Source: an uncultured Spirochaetota bacterium
Lineage (GTDB): Bacteria; Spirochaetota; Spirochaetia; SZUA-6; Fen-1364
Length of the DNA: 64,000 nucleotides
Reading direction: 5' to 3'
Assembly (NCBI GenBank): GCA_963745235.1
Contig: CAVUXE010000053.1
Coordinates: 96,001 to 160,000 of the forward strand
The stretch's first letter is position 1, and each line of letters opens with the position of its first letter. A model generated the notes under the pieces. That model was given only the letters and a program-made list of their open reading frames with translations, was not told the DNA's origin and searched no databases. This document shows positions 9,382 through 19,420 of this stretch, piece after piece. A program made the position numbers and the translations under genes.

Positions 9382-11174
9382 GCCTGGCCGCCCCGTGTCG
9401 CCGCGGGCGCTTGCGCGGCCGGCGCTTCCGCCATGCGGATCTGGTATCCGTAGCCCTGCTCGCAGAGAAAGAGCTGCCTTTTCAGCGCGAAGTCCTGCTC
9501 CACGGTGTCGCGGGAGACCAGGGTGTAGAAGTAGGCCTGGTTGGAGAGCTCCTTCGGCCGGAGGATCCTCCCCAGCCTCTGCGCCTCCTCCTGCCGCGAG
9601 CCGAACGTGCCCGACACCTGGATGGCGAGGCTTGCCTCCGGCAGGTCCACGGCGAAGTTGGCCACCTTGGAAACAGCCAGCACGCGGATCTTTCCCGCTT
9701 TGAAGTCCGCGTACAGCGCGTCTCGTACGCGCTGCGGCGTGGAGCCGGTGATGACGGGGAGGCCCAGGGGCCCCGCCACGGCGGCCAGCTGGTCGAGGTA
9801 CATGCCGATCACCAGCGCGGGCTCGGCGGGGTGGCTTCCAGGATGGCCTGGACCTGCTCGATCTTGGCGGGGTTCTCGGATGCCATGCGGAACTTCGTCC
9901 GCGCGTCCGCCAGCGCGTAGCTCATTCGCATCTGCTCGGGAAGCGCGACGCGGATCTCCGTGCACGCCGCCTTGGCGATCCAGCCCTGCTTCTCCATCTC
10001 CTTCCAGGGAACGTCGTATTTCTTCGGTCCGATCAGGGCGAACACGTCGTCTTCCTTGCCGTCCTCCCGCACGAGCGTCGCCGTGAGCCCCAGCCTGCGC
10101 CGGGCCTGGAGGGAGGCGGTGATCTGGAACACGGGGGCGGGCAGGAGGTGCACCTCGTCGTACACGATCAGGCCCCAGTCCCTCTGCCCGAAGAGAGCGA
10201 GATGCGGGTAGGATTCCGCGGGGTCTGCTTCGACACCGTCGGATGCGGCCGCGGCCTCCGCCCGGGCGGCGCGGGAGCGGGCGCTTTCCCGGTGCGTGAG
10301 CATCTGGTAGGTTGCGACGGTGATGGGTCGCACTTCCTTCTTCAGCCCCGTGTATTCCCCGATGAGCTGCGGGTCTATGTCCGTCTTGTCGACGAGCTCC
10401 GCGATCCACTGGCGCACCGCCGTGACGCAGGTGGTCAGGACAAGCGTGGAGGTCTGCAGAAGACCCATGCACAACATCCCGACGATGGTTTTCCCGCGCC
10501 GCAGGGAAGGACAATGACTCCCGAGCCGCCCTGCTCTGAGCCTCCCGCGTGAAAGGCAAGCGCCGCCTCCCGCTGGTAGGGGCGCGCGGCAAAAGGAGCT
10601 CCCCGGCCGCGGGTGGCCGCGCGCAGGCCGAAGGGAAAATGCTCCCCCTCCGAGTATCCGGCCTGGTCATCCACCGGGTACCCGAGCCTGATGAGGGCCA
10701 GCTTGACCTGACCCCGCAGGTGCGGCGGCAGCACGAACGAGGTCGGGGAAAGCCGCTCCCCGAGGAGAGGCCCTGTGTGCCGGTCAGTCGATATCAGCGC
10801 CGCAAGGCCCTCGTCGCGGCAGTGCAGCTCCAGCCCGGTGGGGCCGCGCACGAGAGTGAGGCTCCCAAAGCGCCCCGCCAGGTCCGTGATCTCCGTAATC
10901 ACGTGCTCCGGGACGGGGTAGCGGGAGAGCGATCTCAGGGTATCGACGATCTGGCCCGCCGAATCCCCCGCGGCGCAGGCGTTCCAGATGGACAGCGGCG
11001 TGATGCGGTAGGTGTGAACGTGCTCAGGGGACTTCACGAGCTCCGCGAAGCCCACCAGGGCATCACGCGCCTGGCGTACTGGGGGCTTGCCACCTCGACG
11101 AGGATGGTGCGGTCTCCCTGGACGATGAGGGGTTTTTCGTTGACAGCTGTGATTGTTGTAATCGGTTCAGCCAT
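9378..11174 (-). CDS. XPB/Rad25-family DNA repair helicase; three -1 frameshifts (~11070, ~10492, ~9835), probably sequencing errors
   Basis: Joined fragments: KPLIVQGDRTIL, FAELVKSPEHVHTYRITPLS, LPCGAGK(T), DEVHLLPA, LGLTATLVREDG, QRLGRILR. Confidence 0.9.
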
Positions 11175-11276
11175 GACAAAAGCCCGACAAGGATAATGGG
11201 GCGTGCCCCGCGGGTCAATACGCCTCAGCGCCGGCACCTCGGGGCCGGCAGGGGGCGTGCGCTGCAGGGCCGGTGC

Positions 11277-11364
11277 TGCAGGCCCGTGTTGCAGGCCCGT
11301 GTTGCAGGCCCGTGTTGCAGGCCCGTGTTGCAGGCCCGTGTTGCAGGCCCGTGTTGCACGGGCC
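11277..11364. repeat. 13-bp tandem repeat (TGCAGGCCCGTGT)x6 ending in an 8-bp hairpin
   Basis: Six perfect copies 11277-11354, a degenerate copy just upstream; last copy pairs as GGCCCGTG-TTG-CACGGGCC. Confidence 0.95.
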
Positions 11365-11417
11365 GGAACGATGCGCTAAATTGGCCTGACCAACCTGCTG
11401 AAACGGAGGGTCGCGCC

Positions 11418-12512
11418 ATGGCAAAGCTGAGTATTCCCGGCGCTCACGGCTGCCGCTATGATTTTCTCGCTCTTGGATCGATCGTGCAAAGGTTCGACCC
11501 CGGGGTAGTCCCGCTTCATGAGGCCGCGCATTTCGACCGGTACTGCTCGGGTGGGGAGTACAATCCAGCCGCGAACCTGGCCAAGTGCTTCGGCATGCGC
11601 GTTGCTGTGGCTTCAGCGAACGTCCACTATCCTCCTGGCTGGTGGATCGAGAACGAGGTCAAGAGGGCGGGGGTGGAGGCCCATTTCAAGTGGTTTCCCT
11701 ATGACGGGGTCCATGGCCCGCGCATCGCAAACACGTATTCGGACCGCGGGTGGGGCGTCCGCGCGCCGGAGGTCTGGTATGACAGGGCGAACGAAGCGGG
11801 CGCCATGCTCGCGCCGGGGGATTTCGATTGGAAAGACCTGTTCCAGGTCAAGAGAGCCCGCTGGTTCCACTCGGGGGGCATCTTCGCTTCCCTGTCGGCA
11901 AGCTCTTCAGCGCTCATCATAGAAGCGATGACTGAGGCCCGGTCAGCAGGGGCTGTCGTCTCCTATGACCTGAACTTCAGGAAAAAACTCTGGGACGCCA
12001 CCGAGGGGGGATCCGCTCGAGCGGTGGAGGTCAATCGGAAGATCGCCTCCCTGGTGGACGTCCTGATCGGGAACGAGGAGGACCTCCAGCTCGGGCTCGG
12101 TATCCCCGGCCCCGACGTGTCGACGAGAGGCAAATCGCATGACACCCGGGCCTTCCAGGAGGTGATCGGGAGAGTGACTGCGGAGCATCCCAACATCAAG
12201 CTCGTGGCCACATCCCTGCGGGAGGTGCACTCCGCTTCCCGGCACAGCTGGAAGGCGGTCATGTGGTACGACGGCGAGCTGCACGAGTCCGCCGCGGTGG
12301 ACCTGGATGTCTACGACCGGATCGGAGGCGGAGACGGGTTCGCGGCAGGCCTCGTGTACGGGTTGCTTATGGACAAACCTCCCGTGGACGCGCTCAGGCT
12401 CGGGTGGGCCCACGGGGCCCTGCTCACTACCTACCCGGGCGATGTCACCATGGCGAGGCTGGAACAGGTGGAAGCGCTCGCCGCCGGCGGCGGGGCGCGC
12501 GTTGTCAGGTGA
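11418..12512 (+). CDS. kdgK: PfkB-family sugar kinase (2-keto-3-deoxygluconate kinase-like)
   Basis: GGEYN, WFHSGGIF, SYDLNFRKKLW, GNEED, DRIGGGDGFAAG; GGAGG SD. Confidence 0.8.
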   Translation: MAKLSIPGAHGCRYDFLALGSIVQRFDPGVVPLHEAAHFDRYCSGGEYNPAANLAKCFGMRVAVASANVHYPPGWWIENEVKRAGVEAHFKWFPYDGVHGPRIANTYSDRGWGVRAPEVWYDRANEAGAMLAPGDFDWKDLFQVKRARWFHSGGIFASLSASSSALIIEAMTEARSAGAVVSYDLNFRKKLWDATEGGSARAVEVNRKIASLVDVLIGNEEDLQLGLGIPGPDVSTRGKSHDTRAFQEVIGRVTAEHPNIKLVATSLREVHSASRHSWKAVMWYDGELHESAAVDLDVYDRIGGGDGFAAGLVYGLLMDKPPVDALRLGWAHGALLTTYPGDVTMARLEQVEALAAGGGARVVR

Positions 12513-14012
12513 CTGAGGGCTCCTGACCGCCGGTGGAGACTGATCCCCGAGGATGGACTCCCTGAGGCGCTCCTGTTCACGGGAAGCCGCGCGATGGGCT
12601 TCTGCCGCACGAGCACGGGGCTGAAAAATCCGCGCGATGCCCGGTCCGGCGCTCGAGACGCATCCCAGGGCTTCCAGGGCCAGGACAGCCGCACCTCGGC
12701 TGGACGCTTCCGGCTCGTCTGCGCAGGACAGGGGGAGCTCCAGGACGTCGGCAAGGATCTGGCCCCAGGCAGCCGAGCCCAGGAGCGCCCCTCCGGTGCA
12801 GACGACTTCCCGCACGGCGGGTGCCGCCGTCCGCAGAGCTCGCATGATTGCTGCAAATCGATACGCCACTCCCTCCACGCCGGCCTGGAGGATGTCCAGA
12901 GCTTTCGTCTCGAAGCTCAATCCGTTGATGGCACCGCGAGCGAGGGGGTCCCATCCCGTGCTGCGCTCTCCCGCAAGGAAGGGAAGGAAAGTGAGGCCGT
13001 GACCCGCCGGCGGGGCCGCCAGGAGAGCCTGGTCCACTTCTTCCGCGGTGAGCCCGATGTTCAGCGTGGCACGCATCCACTCGAAGAGGTTGCCGCCGTC
13101 GCCCAGGACGCCCCCGACAAGCTCACGTGATCGGTCCAACCTGTATGACCACAGTCCCGGGGGAACGGGGGAGTCTCCCGCCGGACGAACGGCGCGCAGC
13201 GCGCCTGTGGTCCCGATCATGAGAGCTGCGCGTTCCGAAGACGCGCAGCCGCAGCCCACGTTGCTGCACGCGCCATCCCCGAAAGCGGGAAACCAGGCGG
13301 CGTCCCGCAGCCGGGGCCATCGTTCCGCATACGGCGAGCGAAGCCCGCGAAAGGGAGAGTCCGTATCTCCAAGAGGAGAGAAACGGGACTCCTCCAGCCC
13401 CAGCTCTTCGAGGAGCGCCTGGTCCCAGCCGGAGGTTCTGCGGTTGAAAAGCCCGAACGCTGACGCCATGGAAAGGCTGCACGAACGGGAGCCCGTGAAG
13501 CGGCGAATGCAGTACTCCCCGATGGAGCACCACCAGCCGACCTCCCGGTAAATCCCGGGCCAGTTTTCCTGAATCCAGAGAATCTTGGAGGGAAAGTAGA
13601 TGGCGTGCAAAGGGCAGCCCGTCCGCTGGAGCACCTCCTGCGGATCCAGCCGGTCTCGAAGCCTGGCCGCCTGGGCCGCCGACCGGACGTCCGCCCACGT
13701 GAAGACGGGCGTGAGAGCGGCGCCTTCACCATCCGTGCCGATAAGTCCGTGGAGGAACGTGCAGAATGCGACCGCGATGATCCGGGAGTCCGGCTCCAGG
13801 CGCTGAAAGGATTCATCGATACACGCTTCGACCAATCCGGCCAACGTGTCCGTGTCCGACTCCGCGACGCCGCCGGCCGAAAAGGCGAACCTGTGCGGCC
13901 TCCTGCTTCCTGTCGAATCGACGCGCTCACCCCGCGTGTCGTAGAAGCAGGCGCGCACGGACGAGCTTCTTACATCGACGGAGAGAACCATGGATCGAGA
14001 TGTGTTCTGCAC
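12505..14012 (-). CDS. gntK: FGGY-family gluconokinase-like kinase (3' end approximate; ORF lacks the expected stop and runs to 11943)
   Basis: TWADVRS, RTGCPLHAIYFPSKILW, GDGACSNVGCG, FLPFLAGERS, EASSRGAA. Confidence 0.75.
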
Positions 14013-14082
14013 TGCGCCATGGTGGCCACGTCGGTGTAACTTGGTCAACCCGGGCAAATAATTCGATAAGAAAGCATATTAA

Positions 14083-14111
14083 TTGACAGAAAAAGAAAAA
14101 AAAGTTACTCT
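14083..14111 (+). promoter_or_regulatory. sigma70 promoter with A-tract spacer; candidate DeoR-type operator region
   Basis: TTGACA-GAAAAAGAAAAAAAAGT(17)-TACTCT in an AT-rich island. Confidence 0.75.
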
Positions 14112-14145
14112 CGGCTCGCTAATATATGAAAAGAGGGGCCTGCAA

Positions 14146-15108
14146 GTGAGCGATCTCCATCTCGAATCTGCCAGGAAGCCTACCATGTATTTCATTGGCG
14201 TAACGACAACCAGGTCAATGATCATGCGCGTCTTCCCGGAATGGGCCAGGTTCCTGGAGCTAGGGGACTGCCAGATCAAGGGAATAGACTTGAAGCTGCA
14301 CGACGAGCCGGAGCGGTACCGCGAGGTCGTGCGGTTCATCAAGACAGACCCGCTCTCACTCGGGGCGCTCGTGACCACGCACAAGATCGACCTGCTGCAC
14401 GCAACCCGGGACATCTTCGACGGGCTGGACGATTTTGCCTCCCTGATGGGAGAGGTGAGCTCGATCTCCAAGAAAGACGGACGCCTGCTCGGCGGCGCCA
14501 AGGATCCGATCTCCAGCGGCTTCGCGCTGGAGGAGTTCCTGCCGGCCCAGCACTGGGAAGGCTCGGGAGCGCACGCGTTCATCATGGGGGCCGGCGGCTC
14601 GAGCGTGGCCTTGTGCTCCTACCTGATGCGTCCCCTTCACGGAAGGAATCGGCCGTCGAAGATCTTCGTGTCCAACCGCAGCCCTGCGCGTCTTGCGGAG
14701 CTGAAGGAGATTCATCGAAAACAGGGAGCCGACCTGCCGGTGAGCTACGTGCTTTCACCGCAGCCCCGGGACAACGATGCGGTGCTCGCGGGCCTGCCTC
14801 CCGGCTCCCTGGTGGTCAACGCCACGGGGCTCGGCAAGGATGCCCCCGGGTCTCCGATCACCGGGACGGTTCCTTTTCCCCAGGGGGGATACGCGTGGGA
14901 CTTCAACTACCGCGGCGACCTGGTGTTCCTGCACCAGGCCAAGGCGCAGGCGGAGGCACGCTCGCTCACCGTGGTCGGTGGATGGTTGTACTTCATCTAT
15001 GGATGGCTCCTGGTCATTTCGGAGGTCTTCCATCGTCCCATTTCCTTCCATGGAGGCGTCTTCGAGGAGCTCTGCCGTCTGGCGGCAAAGGAGAAGGGGA
15101 AGGAGTAA
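14146..15108 (+). CDS. Shikimate-dehydrogenase-fold oxidoreductase of unknown substrate
   Basis: GALVTTHKID, IMGAGGSS, VNATGLGKD, WDFNYRG; GTG start after GAGGGG. Confidence 0.75.
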   Translation: MSDLHLESARKPTMYFIGVTTTRSMIMRVFPEWARFLELGDCQIKGIDLKLHDEPERYREVVRFIKTDPLSLGALVTTHKIDLLHATRDIFDGLDDFASLMGEVSSISKKDGRLLGGAKDPISSGFALEEFLPAQHWEGSGAHAFIMGAGGSSVALCSYLMRPLHGRNRPSKIFVSNRSPARLAELKEIHRKQGADLPVSYVLSPQPRDNDAVLAGLPPGSLVVNATGLGKDAPGSPITGTVPFPQGGYAWDFNYRGDLVFLHQAKAQAEARSLTVVGGWLYFIYGWLLVISEVFHRPISFHGGVFEELCRLAAKEKGKE

Positions 15109-15165
15109 GCGCGCTTGCCATGGGCCCGCAACTCGTGATCCAATGAAGCCATGCCCGAAGGGACA

Positions 15166-15933
15166 ATGTTCGTCGAGGAAAGAAAGCTGAAAATCCTGGA
15201 ATACATCGAGGAGCACCGCAAGGCCACGGTGTCCGAGCTGTGTGATGCGTTCCGTGTCTCCAGCGCCACTATTCGCAACGACCTCCGGGACCTCGAGAGT
15301 GCCAGCCTCCTCATCAGGACGCACGGCGGGGCCATGGTCAAGACCAAGACCGGGCTCGAGCAGGACATGAACCAGCGCAAGGTCCAGCACCTTTCGGAGA
15401 AGCGGTTCATCGCTGAGGCCGCCCTGCGGCTCGTGGAGGACGGTGACACCATCATCCTGGATACGGGAACCACGACGCTGGAGATTGCCCGCCTGCTGGG
15501 CCAGAGGCAGGACATCACGGTTGTCACCAATGACCTTGCCATAGCGCTCGTGCTGGAGGACATCGACACGGTCAGGGTGGTGTTCATGGGCGGGATCGTG
15601 CGCAAGAAGTTCCACTGCACCGTGGTCGGCGGCCTCTCCAGCGGAGACCTGTTCGCGGGCCTCACGGTGGACAAGGCTTTCATGGCCCTGAACAGCTTCT
15701 CCCTGGAGAAGGGGGCGAGCACACCGGACATCAATCACGCGGAAACGAAGAGAGTCATGATGTCCATCGCCGCGAAGGTGATCCTGGTTTTCGATTCCAG
15801 CAAGATGGGCAGGAACTCTTTCGCCCTGTTCGCGCCCCTGGACCGCGTTGACGCCATCGTCACCGACTCCCTGCGGGACGAGGACCGGGCGCGCCTGGAA
15901 GAAAACGGCATCGAAGTCCTCATCGCCGGCTGA
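15166..15933 (+). CDS. DeoR/GlpR-family transcriptional regulator
   Basis: HTH VSSATIRNDL, RTHGGA, LDTGTTT, VVTND, DSSK. Confidence 0.95.
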   Translation: MFVEERKLKILEYIEEHRKATVSELCDAFRVSSATIRNDLRDLESASLLIRTHGGAMVKTKTGLEQDMNQRKVQHLSEKRFIAEAALRLVEDGDTIILDTGTTTLEIARLLGQRQDITVVTNDLAIALVLEDIDTVRVVFMGGIVRKKFHCTVVGGLSSGDLFAGLTVDKAFMALNSFSLEKGASTPDINHAETKRVMMSIAAKVILVFDSSKMGRNSFALFAPLDRVDAIVTDSLRDEDRARLEENGIEVLIAG

Positions 15934-15940
15934 GCTTCGG

Positions 15941-16594
15941 ATGCTCCATCCCCCCCTGATCCTCGACCTGGACGGTACCCTTGCTGACACCGAGCCCCTC
16001 CACGACCGCGCGTGGGACGTGGTGCTGCGCGGCGTTCCATCGCAAGCCGTCTCGGAACAGAGACGGAAGTGGCTGGGGAAATCGAGCGGGGAGATCGCGC
16101 GGGAGCTGATTGCCGTCTTCCACCTGGCCCAATCGGAAGAGGACATGCTTCGGGAAAAGCGCAGGAAGTTCCGGGAGCTCGTCCGCCAGGGGCTGCAGCC
16201 GTTCCCCGGGCTTGCCCACGAGCTGGCCCGCTGGACGGACGCCGCCATCGCGGTGGCGACCTCGGGGAGCAAGCGGGAAGCCCTCCTGGTGCTCGAAACC
16301 CTGCAGCTTCCGGTCCATTTCCAGGCGGTCGTCACCTGTGACGATGTTCCCCGCGCAAAGCCGGCACCGGACATCTACCTGCGCGCCTGCGAGCTCCTGG
16401 GACGAAGCCCAGGGGACTGTTTTTCCGTTGAGGATTCGACCAACGGCATGCTCGCGGCAGTAGCGGCCGGGACCCATGTGCTCGCGGTGTCGACGGGAAC
16501 CCTGGAGTCCCTGCCCGCTGGCGTTGAGAGGATTTTTGGTTCAACCGTGGAAGCGCTCCAGTGGCTGCGAAGCGCCTCGCTGGGGTCCCGCTGA
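15941..16594 (+). CDS. HAD-family phosphatase (beta-PGM/CbbY-like)
   Basis: DLDGTLADT, VATSG, KPAPDIY, VEDS. Confidence 0.9.
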   Translation: MLHPPLILDLDGTLADTEPLHDRAWDVVLRGVPSQAVSEQRRKWLGKSSGEIARELIAVFHLAQSEEDMLREKRRKFRELVRQGLQPFPGLAHELARWTDAAIAVATSGSKREALLVLETLQLPVHFQAVVTCDDVPRAKPAPDIYLRACELLGRSPGDCFSVEDSTNGMLAAVAAGTHVLAVSTGTLESLPAGVERIFGSTVEALQWLRSASLGSR

Positions 16595-16637
16595 TTCGGG
16601 TCTCGCTGCCGGGTCCCGTTGAGCCGGGTCCCGTTGA
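16583..16637. repeat. Four degenerate copies of GGGTCCCGYTGA (13-15 bp period)
   Basis: Copies at 16583, 16598, 16611, 16626; the first is the last codons and stop of the HAD gene. Confidence 0.75.
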
Positions 16638-16651
16638 CAGGCGCCCCCAGG

Positions 16652-17725
16652 CTACGACGCCTTTCTGAGCACGACAAAAGGGTCGAACTCGTATTCCCCC
16701 GCCAGATCAGGGTCTCCCGTGCGCCGCCTGTTTTCGATTTTCATCCCGAACGCCCGGCAGACAGCGTCATGCGTGACATCATCTATGCGGCTCGCGGGGA
16801 CGCCTGCGCTTGCCAGCGCGGCGACGAAACGCGGGTAGTAGGGAAGCCCCGGCAGGCCGCACGCGAAGCCCTGCATCTTTTCCTCCCGCGTGTGCGGGGC
16901 ATGGTCCGTCTCGATCCAATCGATGCTGCCGTCACACAGGCGCTCCAGCATGAGGGAAGGCATTGGGGGCGGTCGAAGCGGCGGGTTGGTGAGGAGCAGG
17001 AGCCCGTCCGGCCCTTCCATCATCCCGGCATCCAGCAGGGCGTGGTGCGGGGTCAGGCCGCATGTGACGCGGAGCGCCTTTGCGGCCGGCGCCTCCGGAC
17101 CCGCCGGAGCATGGCTCCCTTTCAGGACATTCAGGGCCCAGGGAGTCGAGATATGGCACACGTGAAGGGTTCCAGCGAAGCCGGCCGCCAGCGCCAGCTC
17201 CCGCTGGTCGTCCACGGAGGCCACTTCAGCTGCGGGCGGCCGCGCCCGCGCATGGCTTGCGGGCCGGCCCGGGTCCCAGTCCGCGGGGCGCAGGAGCGAC
17301 TGCTTCTCGCAGTGGACCGCAAGCACGCCGCGATACCCCAGTCTCGCGAGCGTGGAGTACACCAGCGTCTGCGCCTCCCGATCAACAACGCCCATTTCTC
17401 CCGTCGAATGTCCCGCATACATCTTCAGACCCACCACCCGGGGGAAATGGCTGCTCCAGGCCGCCACGGCTTCCTCGATCTGGGCCGGCGAAGCCGTGAC
17501 CCCCGCGTACAGTCCGTGAAAGAGAGGAACGCGAAGGCCGGCAAGCGCCGCGTCGGCGTCCTCTATGCGGCGAAGGATTGCGTCCCGAGAGGTGAGCGGA
17601 GGATCGGTGTTGGGCATCTCGAAGACCGCGTCCAGTCCCGCCCGCCACGCCACGTCCAGGCCATGGCGGAGAGTCTCCTTGCTCTTCTGGCTCCAGTCCC
17701 GCAGGTGGACGTGGGGGTCTATCAT
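16652..17725 (-). CDS. pyrC: Dihydroorotase
   Basis: IDPHVHLRD, EMPNT, VHCE, HVCHIS, NPPLR, ETDHAPH; downstream of pyrBI. Confidence 0.9.
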   Translation of the reverse strand: MIDPHVHLRDWSQKSKETLRHGLDVAWRAGLDAVFEMPNTDPPLTSRDAILRRIEDADAALAGLRVPLFHGLYAGVTASPAQIEEAVAAWSSHFPRVVGLKMYAGHSTGEMGVVDREAQTLVYSTLARLGYRGVLAVHCEKQSLLRPADWDPGRPASHARARPPAAEVASVDDQRELALAAGFAGTLHVCHISTPWALNVLKGSHAPAGPEAPAAKALRVTCGLTPHHALLDAGMMEGPDGLLLLTNPPLRPPPMPSLMLERLCDGSIDWIETDHAPHTREEKMQGFACGLPGLPYYPRFVAALASAGVPASRIDDVTHDAVCRAFGMKIENRRRTGDPDLAGEYEFDPFVVLRKAS

Positions 17726-17730
17726 CCGGA

Positions 17731-19247
17731 TCAGTCCGGGTAGGCAACCGGCACTATGCCCGCGGGCAGGCTCGCAATCCAGGACGACTTTTCCTCTTCA
17801 CTCGCCTTGCGGCTCGCCACGAAGTACTGCCTGCGGCAATAGCGGCACCTGACCGCGTCATGGTCGCGGTAGAAACGGGGCGGGACATCCTCGTTCACCA
17901 CCCGGGTGATGCAGTTCGTGTTGGCGCACAGCAGGTACACGAACTTCGCCGTAATCCTGCCCCCTGCAATGGTGTCGATGGTGGGCTCGGGAGAGAGCAG
18001 CGCAATGGTTTTCAGGTCCCGCTCGCTCGGCTCGGGCAGGTTCGTCTTGATGAAAGGGTTCCTTTTCTCGGGGATGGTTGCGGTGGTGCAGGAGTACCCG
18101 CGGTTCTCCAGGTCCAGCGCGTCAGATACCGCGCGCTGGGACCCCGGCGCCAGGTGGTCTATCACGGTGCCGTCATGGATCTTGTCTATGAACATGGCGC
18201 TCTGCTTCGAGCCCCTGATTGCGCGGGCCAGCCTGTTGTTGCCTGTCCCCAGCTCCCGGGGCAGCCGCCCGTCGTAGCGGCGATACCCGTCGTGTCCGAG
18301 CATCTCGTGCAGCAGCGCCTTGCGCAGGAAGACGCCGAACTCCGCCTGCGTGAAAAAGGCCTGGGCGGGGGTGAAGTACACACGGTAGTCGATCTCCGCG
18401 ATCTCGCTGTTGACCGGGCAGCGGATGAAGAACGCGTACGTCAAACCCTTCCACCTTGGATTCGTCGATGCGGTATTGCTTCATCATTGCCAGGATGTCT
18501 TTCTGCGTCACCCCTGGCATGCGTTCCAACTGGGGCCGCGTCATGTAGTAGAAATCCACCTGTCCCATCACGTCGCGGACGGTTTTCTCCCGCTCGACGC
18601 GCACGCCACGGGCGAGCAGAAGCTGCGAGAGATCATCCGGGCATTCCCAGGAAGTCCTCCGCCGCCCAGCGGATCGTCACCCGGTCGAAGTGGGACAGCG
18701 CGAGGCTGAGAGAGCGCACCGTGCGTCCATGGGAGAGATCACCGCCGAACCCCACGCGGATGCCGTCCAGCCTGGCTTCTTTCAGGGCGTAAATGGTGAG
18801 GACGTCCAGGAGCGCCTGTGTCGGGTGCTCGTTCTTGCCGTCTCCGCCGTTTATCACGGGGATGGTGGCGACGTCCGCTGCCCACTGGAGAGATCCATCC
18901 AGGGGATGGCGCATCACAATCACGTCGTTGTGGTTCGCGCACATCATGGTCACGGTGTCCCTCACGGTCTCGCTCTTCATGACAGAGGTGCCTTCGGTGC
19001 CGGAGAAGCCGTCGTAGCGGCCGCCCAGCTCCCGCATGCCGGTATTGAAGCTTGTCCGCGTCCGGGTGCTCGGCTCGTAGAACATGGAGGAGAGCGTGCG
19101 GTACTTCAAGGCGTCCCGCAGGCTGTTGCGCTTGCCGGTTTTCTCCAGAGACGCCATGCGGCGTCCAGCTTCGCAGAGGTGCAGGATCTCCTCCCGCGAG
19201 AAGTCCGTGATGGAGATGATGTCACGATCCCGGAAGTCGCTTTCCAT
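17731..19247 (-). CDS. pyrBI: Aspartate carbamoyltransferase fused to PyrI-like regulatory domain; two +1 frameshifts (~18639, ~18416)
   Basis: FYEPSTRTRTSF, HPTQALLD, YMTRPQLER, HPLP(V); C-terminal GTVIDHL and Zn motif CANTNC...CRYC. Confidence 0.9.
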
Positions 19248-19420
19248 GGGAGACCCCGGCAACAGTAGCCCGTTTCGCCGGGCAGGGGCAAGGTCGGCGG
19301 GTGTGCAAGGTCAGCGGGCGCACGCTGTCAGCAGGCACGCGATGACAGCGGGCGCGCGACAGCATCCCTGACTTGATTCACGCGGTCAGAATAACGACAT
19401 TAGGGATGCGTAGGTTGTCT

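Noticed and set aside
11277-11354. CRISPR array
   Set aside because: 13-bp units are directly adjacent with no unique spacers, and there are no cas genes
18414-18641. Programmed ribosomal frameshifting in pyrBI
   Set aside because: The same 7-mer appears in the opposite coding orientation in argR and ompA, and there is no slippery heptamer or stimulatory structure
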